Source: Botryllus schlosseri (Eukaryota). From it: 60,000 nt of DNA. This document shows, piece by piece, positions 51,901-60,000 of this stretch. How positions within the stretch are numbered: the stretch's first letter is position 1; each line of letters opens with the position of its first letter. The position numbers were made by a program, and so were the translations under genes. Location: assembly GCA_051294905.1 (NCBI GenBank), contig CM119371.1, positions 33,606,001 through 33,666,000 on the forward strand, read 5' to 3'. The notes below the pieces were generated by a model. That model saw only the letters and a program-made list of their open reading frames with translations, was not told where the DNA came from and did no database searches.

Positions 51901-54900
51901 TCCACCATCTCAGATTGTCATTAAAATTGGCATGGTTAGAAAACTTTTACTTCTGCTTTCAAAAAAATAAATTTCATCGAAATCGGACGAGTAGAACCGA
52001 AGATATGGCCGTTTAAAAATTGCTGTTTTTGTGATCACTCAAGCGGAAAAAATGTCAGAAATTTATACATGTAATTTGAATTTGCTACAATTCGTTCAAA
52101 TTAGGGTTGTTGAAGGTAACACTTTCACATTTGTTCATTTATGTCGTGCTTGACACTTTTTCGCCTTCTTTGACACCTGGGGTTGCATAGTCTGACCTTT
52201 AACCTCGCTTTTTTGTTCATGTATTCGAAAATCACTCATGCGTGACTTCATTTTCGATTGCGAATATCTCTTGGTGACCAGGTGATGTCATCAAGTGTAA
52301 GGTATCATTGGAAAGCTCTTGACAAGAGCTTTTAAAAACAAAAATAACATTAGTTACTTTTGAATCGTAACATACCATAAGAGCGCCATGAAGCTAGCTT
52401 GCAAATTTATTCAAAATCCTCCCCCTTTTCAACAAGAGCAAACTCTGTAAAGCAACTCATTCCACCTTTATTCTATATACAGTACCGTGCCAAGTGTTTT
52501 ATACATAAGGTAGTCAGTATAACTCAGACAGATAATTGCTGACATAAATTATGCTGACAATAATTTGAGATGTTTTTGAAAATTTGAGAATATTTTGCTA
52601 CACAGTTTGAGGTGACACACAATACTTCCACAACACTTCAGAATTCACAACTGACAGGATAAGATGCGATGTTTTATGTACTCTACACAATACATTCGAG
52701 CACATTCGATCAGCACTAAACAATGAAAGGAACAATGATAATCAAAATCAATATAAGGTCCTGCGTGTTCATTAGTTTTCATACTATTAGATAATAACTA
52801 GGGATGGTGTGAACCTCTGAAAGGTTCAGGTTCGTGTGAACGCGAACCTTTTTGAAAGGTTCTGTGTGAACGCGAACGTGAACCTCATGACGTGCAAAAT
52901 ATCGTTGCTTGCAGACTTGTAGTAGCAAACTACCGGGTGCACAGTGCAGCATTGGTGAGTCCAATGATACCCTTGCGCTTCATCTTGAATGTGGAAAGAA
53001 TAATTTTCCGCAAAATCCATTAATACAAGAGCTGTTTGCTGATCCATATCTTGTTTTCGTTTTTTCAAATATAAAGACTGTGAATGCGAAATGTGATGAT
53101 GTGGTGCTTAATCTGCAAGCTTTTTTAATATCAACTGAATAAATTCAGTTATGGTTAAGGTTTGAGTTATTAGATCAGTTCGGTCAACTGACACCCACTG
53201 TTTGAACGAAATAAGTTCATCCTCATCCTCAAATTTTGAGTCAAGCAATTCCTGAACGGGTTGAAATCCGGGACAGTTTGGGCAACGCTGTAGCATGCAG
53301 TCTCTATTTTCAATATTGCAGACTGCCAATTGAAGCAAACCTTTATAAGTTTCTTCAATGCGGGCAGCATGCAGCAAAAGAACAACATTTTGATGTATGG
53401 TACAGACACATACGGCATGTGTTCCAGATGATCCTGCACTAACACACCATTTCGGCCTCAATTCACAAAATTTTGTGAATCCAATTTTTGCATCCGGGTT
53501 TTGCTGTTTATACAGGGTATGGAATTCCTTCAGAGTACATAAAAGTAGACGTTTTTGTTGATACACATTCTATTTAATGCCAACTCGGTCTTTCATCCCT
53601 GGCATCAACCTGCTATGTTCGTTGTTTTCATAAAATTTCACAACTTTTTCAACTGCTCTTGTTGAAAAGGGGGAGGATTTTGAATAAATTTGCAAGCTAG
53701 CTTCATGGCGCTCTTATCGTATGTTACGATTCAAAAGTAACTAATGTTATTTTTGTTTTTAAAAGCTCTTGTCAAGAGCTTTCCAATGATACCTTACACT
53801 TGATGACATCACCTAGTCACCAAGAGATATCTGCAATTGAAAATGAAGTCACGCGTGAGTGATTTTCAAAGACATGAACAAAATCACAAGGTTGAAGGTC
53901 AGACTATGCAACTCCAAGTGTCGAAGAAATCGAAAAAGTATCAAGCAGGATATAAATGAACAAGTGTGTAAGTGTCACTCTCAACAACCCTAATTTGACC
54001 GAAATATAGCAAATTTAAACTACATGTATAAATTTCTGATATTTTTTCTGCTTGAGCGATCACAAAAATAGCAATTTTTGTACGGTCATAGCTTCGGTTT
54101 AAGATGACCTTTTTTGATGAAATTTCATTTTCTGAAATCAGAAAACACAGCTCTCTAAGGCAGCCTATCTTCATGACAATCCAAGATGGTGGAAATATGG
54201 CCTGTATCACCTGACATGATCTGACCTTGGCTACTTGATAAAATTGTTAGATTACCTAATTTAAGCCTACACACCAAATTTGGTTCAATTCCAGCCTGCA
54301 GCCGCTTTGCTACAGGAGAAGGAAATTTCTATTTATTATGCAAAAATAAATAATAACAAATTTGAGAATTTTCTGTTCACCCCATGAAAGTATTGGGTTG
54401 TCTATAGAAACGATGCTCACCAAATTTGGTTCAATTCCAACCAGTGGAAGCGGAGTTATTGCCGTCGAAAAATTTGGATTTGACGGTGACCGATTCTTTG
54501 TTTATTTATTATAGTTGTGCTCACCGTAAATAATTTTATTCAAATCCAAATTTTTCGACGGCAATAACTCCGCTTCCACTGGTTGGAATTGAACCAAATT
54601 TTGTGTGTAGGCTTAAATTAGGTCACCTAACAATTTTATCAAGTAGCCAGTACGATTTGAGAAAAAAAGTCATTTTTGGAGAGCCCTATTCAACAAACCT
54701 GTCAGGCATTCTACATACCTCGTTGTCCGCCAACACATGTATCACAGCGATACAAGACTTTGGAACGGCGTCGTTCTTGCTGGCCATGTACTTGAATATG
54801 GTGGGCAGATGTCCCAAGGTCGGCACGTGCTCAGCCAGGTTCGGCTGAGAGTTGAACAGGCAGCAGATGGCCTGCGTCACGGTCTCGAGAGCTTCGCCCT

Positions 54901-57900
54901 AGAAAACGCAGTGGGATTTGAGGCGAGGATTTCTACAAGCTACTGGATTTTCAAAACTCAGACCTAGAACTACAAATGTTCACTTTTCACAACCAGAACT
55001 AGAGGCCATAAAAATTCCACAACAAACTAAAACACAACGAGCTAGATTTAATTCGTTGATTTTTATTTTGTTGGAATCAGATGGGTTGAAATAAAGAGAT
55101 TTCGGTCCCAAAACACAGTCCTAGCCACGCCACTGTTGGTAGTGATGATTCTAGCTAGCAATGATTGCGGGAACATCACACAGCAGAACGCCAATATCTA
55201 GTTGTTAGACAACTAAATTATTTTTAAAATGTGCAACTAGTACTAGAACTGCTCACTTTTTAAAACTAGTAACTGGAACTCTTCACTTCTCAAAACTCAC
55301 AACTAGAACTAGAACTAGAATTACTCACTTTTCAAAACTAGCAACTAGAACTAACAAACGACTATTGCATACAATCGAATATTCTAATCATATTGCGAAA
55401 TAAGCCCCAATGTTTTGACTGTTACTCGTCAGGAGGTCATCGTCAGCAACCACAATAGTTGATGTACATGTTCATGGTTCAGTTCTCTTGAATTCTTTAC
55501 TAGTTGCTGACCATTACCCCTGATGAATTTCAGCGGAATATATATGAATATGACTACCGTAAATGTTTCAGTTGAAGGAACATTCACTACCATTGCCAGA
55601 TATCATATAAATATTATTTTGTTCAGTAAGGAACATATTACCACACATAAACGCGTCTAAAGTCAACGCGAGATCAAAAACATAAAACCCACTTACCGCG
55701 TAGGCTGGATTCGTGACGATTTTCGTGAATTTCTCCATAATTTCCACCGTGAATTCTCTGGGCTTTCGCAATACCCACCCGGGCTGAGCGATGAACAAAC
55801 GCAGGTAGACGCCGCCGACCTGGTAAACAATCAGAGGTGGTCAGTACAGTAGCAAAGAGCTTCTTTTTTTTCAGGAGTATTCCGGTAGATGATTCCCATT
55901 TTCTATTCAACCGTTTTTTAATCAAAACATCAGATTTATTTACCCTCTGAGAGCGTGTTCAGTAAAACTTTTCGATAGGCTGTCATTACATTCTTGTGAA
56001 ATAGCTCCTGTATCACGGTAACTGCATATATTTTCTAAAATGCCACACATTGGCAGACATATTAGTCTTTTCACATTAGTCGCAAAGGCACATCCTGCAT
56101 TTCCAGAAGTAACGGCCTCCTATTGACTGCTAAAAGTATGCAAAGTATCAAATATACTATTCTATTACATGCCAGAATTTTGCGATCAATATAAGAAATA
56201 TTTTATAATCGTTATAAGGAATAGGAAGGAAGAAACTGATACAACATACCACAACTTCTCCAGCTGCTTCGTTGACGAAAATGGACACAAAATCGTCTGG
56301 TAAACGCCACGTCGTCTCCGTGTTCAAAGATTGTTTCTTGTAATGCCTACAAATATACAAGAAATAGCTTTGAACATTGCTTCGTAAAGCTGGATTCATT
56401 CCAATACTTCAACTGTGGATAAGCAATACAATGGATAGGGCAGCGTTTCAGCAGTAAGTTTTTGAACCCGATTTTTTGTCAAGTCGTGTAGGACAGCAAC
56501 TTGAGTCTAGTCCAGTCATTTCGTAAACTCGGGTGAAGATGTTTTAGGGGCAGTGACTCGAGTCAGCTAATTTTAGGGTGGCGAGTTCAGTTAAGTAATT
56601 ACAGAGCAGTAACTCGAGTCAAATCAACTAATGTTATGGCATGAGAGTCATAGGCAATTGCAAATTATACCTATAGATGGCTGTAATTCATAAGAATTCA
56701 TTACTATCAAGATCTTGACCATTGGTATTGTACATTTGTACAAGATTGCCAACTGACTAGCGAGGCCATACAAATATGCCCGGGGAATGTGCTGTGGTTC
56801 AGCTGACTCGTGCATAGTGCATGCAATAGCATGACAGAAACAGTGATATCATCCTTTGAGATGTCATAGGCTTTGGCTGTTCTTGTCCATGATATAAGTG
56901 TAAAACTCGCTCATGTGTAAACTGTTTCATATTGAGACAGGAGGCTATGTCAGGAGGCAATATATCCTGTGTTATGATTGTGATAGGCAGTTGCAAATTC
57001 GTTATTTAACACATCTATAATGTCTATAAACAACAATTGCGTACTATAAAAACATATACACAAGAGCTTAATGGCTTACAAGTGGTGGAAGTCATGGTAT
57101 GCAAACCTCAAACCACAAGAGCGAGTGGCTGGTACCTCTGAATTCATTTCTAAGAAACTACATACTGGGTTTGTTCCAGAGATGATATTGTTCTGAAGTC
57201 AGTCAAGCGATCACCATAACATAATAAAGTTCAGAAATGACTTCATGGACAAATGAATAACAGTTTTCTCTTTTCATGGAGAGAAATAAAGAACACTTTG
57301 GGCAATTATATTGCTATCTCTCTCCTTGCAACTGTCAAATTAGCTTAGTCAGTTGCGCATTGAAATGATGTTTCTGGCAATGATTTGGTCGTCCATTGAA
57401 GTCCAGTGGTTCGGATTTTATGAAGATTTTTCTGAACCCATTGAAATTTTGGCTTAGCTGCCCACCGGTCAAGGAAGGTTACGCAATTCAAGGTAAGAGA
57501 CCCTAGTAATTTTTTTGTAGTGACTCAAGTCGAGTCATTTCAAGGGAGGTGGCTCGAGTTACCCCAATACTGATACACCCTATCCACTTCACCCGTAATC
57601 TACTATTCCAAAAGGCCAATTCATATTTTCAACACGTTCCACGTCTGCAACAGTGACATCTTACTCTAGCGCCATCTTTTTCACGGTGGAGCAAACTTTC
57701 TCCCTGGCGTCGTCGTTCCAAATCAACTCTGGATTTTCGTGAGTGCCTTCGAACATGTGAACCGCGGCCTCGGAAGAATCGCGCATCGCGTCCATGAAAA
57801 TCGGCGGCAGGAACTTGTTCAGCAAAATACGAACCTGCGAGGGTAAAGAGGGCCAGAGATTTAAAAATCGAAAATATATGAAATCACCAAATATCGAACT

Positions 57901-59769
57901 GTTTTGACAAATATTTGATAAACAGCGTCATGACTCATTGGCGTAGTCAGAGAAGGGGTGTTGTGGGTCGAAACCATGCCCATTTCCAAATAGACTCCGT
58001 TTCCAGTGTTTATCATCTCCTTTGCAATTCAGCAATATCTACTTCATAACACACCTGACTTGCACAAGCTACCGAATTTTGAAAACTGCGCAACTAAAAC
58101 TAGGCTACTCACTTTTCAATACATGCAACTAGAACCAGCAACCCATAAAATTCGGTCATTGGCGGCACTGGTAATGTGCATTGCTGAATTGCATATGAGT
58201 AGGGCTGGGCACAATGATTCGAGTACTCGAATCTGAATAGAGTATTTATTTTAATGATTCGAGTCGAGTAGCAAAAGACGATTTTTTCGAGTACTGAAAT
58301 TATACGCTCCTCGCCACTGAAAGTTATTTTATCAACGAGAATTATGGTTATGATACTATTTTCCACCGTGGAAGCCTTGAAACCTAGATTAGCCGTATCG
58401 CAGCATACGAAGCATAGTGCAAAGCTACGAACGTTACTGGATATAACACATTTCCGAAGTCATGATCCTCCCACAACATTGTCACAAAGTGAAAAGAAAT
58501 CGGTAGAGTCGAAATAATACCAAAGTATTTGTAATGTGACGAAATAACAGGCATTATATTCTTTGTGGTGTCATAACAGGTACATATTGGAATCTTGACA
58601 TCTTACATACTGTTATTACGTCATAATCAGTGATACTCGAATACTCGACTCGACTCGAAGCATAATACGTGATTCAGAATCAAATCACTCAGGTGCTCGA
58701 TTTTGCCCAGCCCTACATATGAGCCCACAAATATTTGCTACAGAATGGGCATTTCAAAAAGACGGCTTTTCTGCAGGCGATCAGACATATTTGAAGAGCT
58801 TCTTGGAGGTATAGCACTTCAATATGCAGTTGAATAGTATATTCATATTGAAACGAACCCGAATATTTTCGGCTGACGCTCGTCAGGGGTAATCGTCAGC
58901 AACTAGTTGAGAATGGGAAAGGACAGCGTATATCAACAATCGTATCACAAAATATGACGTCGCCGGTATGAAATTTCGAATAATCTGGGCGAAGAGAGAG
59001 CTCAAGTGCCAGCTGAAAATATTCAGGTTCATATCAATACGAATATACTGTTTCTCACTGACTTGTAATCGTGGCAGGCAATAGTGGAGCTTATACCTGC
59101 AGATATATACCAAACGCATTAGTTTGTCAGCACGACGAAGCTCATCTCATTCTGGTATTATCGGTAGCCTATGTATGCATGTACCCGAATAACTTGATCC
59201 TACCTTGCTAAATTTGGAAATTATTCAAATCCCCGGAAGTATCTTACATGAATTGCTGCTATTAAGACAACACGAGATTTCGAAATATGACTCACTTTTG
59301 GCCCTGTCAATTTATCGGAAGACAGCTTCGAGAAAAGCTCGGCCGTCTGCTCGCGGACTTGCGGATTGGTGGAGTTGCAGAAAAGGTCCAGAAGGTAGAT
59401 GAGACCGCCTGCAATGATAAACAGACTCTGTTACGGTGTAGTCTCTAACTACTTCCAGCGCAGCAGCCCAGTAAATGCTATGCAAAGACAAGCTCAAACT
59501 TGACTCGCTGGTGATTTAAAAATGAATCGAGTCAAAACTATAAAAGTTGGATTGACATGTGACTCGGAACCATGCGACTTGGTCACACACATACCTTGCT
59601 CTAGAATTTCTTTCACTATCTTCGAATTGGATGCCAGGGCATGCAAGGTAACGAGTATACTGGCGCGTCCCGCGGGCAGCGATTCCAGCGTCAAAAGAAG
59701 CAGTGTCGTGATTCGCGAGTCGGCGATATTTTGCACGCACTCGCGATTGCCAGTTACTCCGCTGAGAAC
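48957..59769 (-). CDS. DNAJC13: DnaJ homolog subfamily C member 13 (RME-8), last 10 coding exons; gene presumably continues beyond the window
   Basis: Minus-strand exons 59769-59595, 59408-59296 ([17 protein letters not shown]), 57834-57665 ([21 protein letters not shown]), 56346-56250, 55819-55697 ([15 protein letters not shown]), 54898-54719, 50931-50788, 50345-50202 ([12 protein letters not shown]), 49298-49199 ([11 protein letters not shown]) and 49042-48957 ([14 protein letters not shown]). All are GT-AG and phase-compatible. Confidence 0.95.
52890..53640 (-). pseudogene. Transposase fragment (Sola2-like)
   Basis: [42 protein letters not shown]...C..CPG..KQW, then after a frame break [20 protein letters not shown]. 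Truncated by a MITE fragment at about 52800-52890. Confidence 0.75.
54228..54649. mobile_element. Palindromic MITE nested in the right TIR of the Sola2-like element
   Basis: Ends TGGCTACTTGATAAAATTGTTAG / CTAACAATTTTATCAAGTAGCCA; internal inverted pair of about 60 bp at 54422-54483 / 54540-54601. Confidence 0.75.
58200..58715. mobile_element. hAT MITE, inverted sister of 16299-16815, in a DNAJC13 intron
   Basis: TIR TAGGGCTGGGCA / TGCCCAGCCCTA with perfect 8-bp TSD CATATGAG. Confidence 0.9.
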
Positions 59770-60000
59770 CTGGAGAAGAAATACAACCATAAACGTACAT
59801 AAGGGATGTTAAAAAATAAGACTAGCTTCGAGAAATCGAACATACTACTTCATTAGTAGGCCTACTATACTATAACAGATCATTACTGCTTGAAGATTCT
59901 CTATAACCGAGGACATGGATCTTACCTACGTCACCTCAGTCGCACAACCTAGTTTTTAGTACGGCCAGATTTACTACGATACCAAACAAATTCTTGGTTC

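Larger units (their letters stand above)
51815..54686 (-). mobile_element. Internally deleted DNA transposon with about 630-bp TIRs, probably Sola2-like, in a DNAJC13 intron
   Basis: Ends GGGCTCT.CAAAAATGACTTTTTTTCTCAAATCGTAC on both sides. Arms are 51815-52440 versus 53654-54227 plus 54650-54686. TSD is ambiguous. Confidence 0.75.

Noticed and set aside
59095..59150. ADKL-containing minus-strand peptide as a DNAJC13 exon
   Set aside because: The true exon encoding this segment is 59408-59296; this match is coincidental.

Overview
AT-rich, intron-containing animal genomic DNA. It is probably an invertebrate chordate such as an ascidian; this is inferred from vertebrate-like proteins, compact introns and the repeat content. 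Three spliced genes can be reconstructed by hand. (1) A highly diverged proteasome beta2 (PSMB7-like) paralog on + (about 7.4-11.7 kb) keeps Thr1/Lys33 but has lost Asp17, Gly47 and Ser129. (2) A diverged SMUG1-family uracil-DNA glycosylase on + (17.15-23.4 kb) has a remodelled base-specificity loop. (3) The last 10 coding exons of a conserved DNAJC13/RME-8 gene lie on - (49.0-59.8 kb). The most striking structure is a 9,026-bp element (25324-34349) with about 1.9-kb near-perfect terminal inverted repeats, AGTAGT...ACTACT ends and a 6-bp target-site duplication (GACAGC). These are Polinton/Maverick hallmarks, but no Polinton genes are recognisable, so it looks like a young non-autonomous, defective Polinton. 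It sits in a nested stack of hAT elements. The rest is dense in DNA transposon derivatives (hAT MITEs with 8-bp TSDs, Chapaev3-like and Sola2-like transposase remnants, a TTAA palindromic MITE) plus a tRNA-derived SINE. All homology calls come from recalled family motifs, not database searches.
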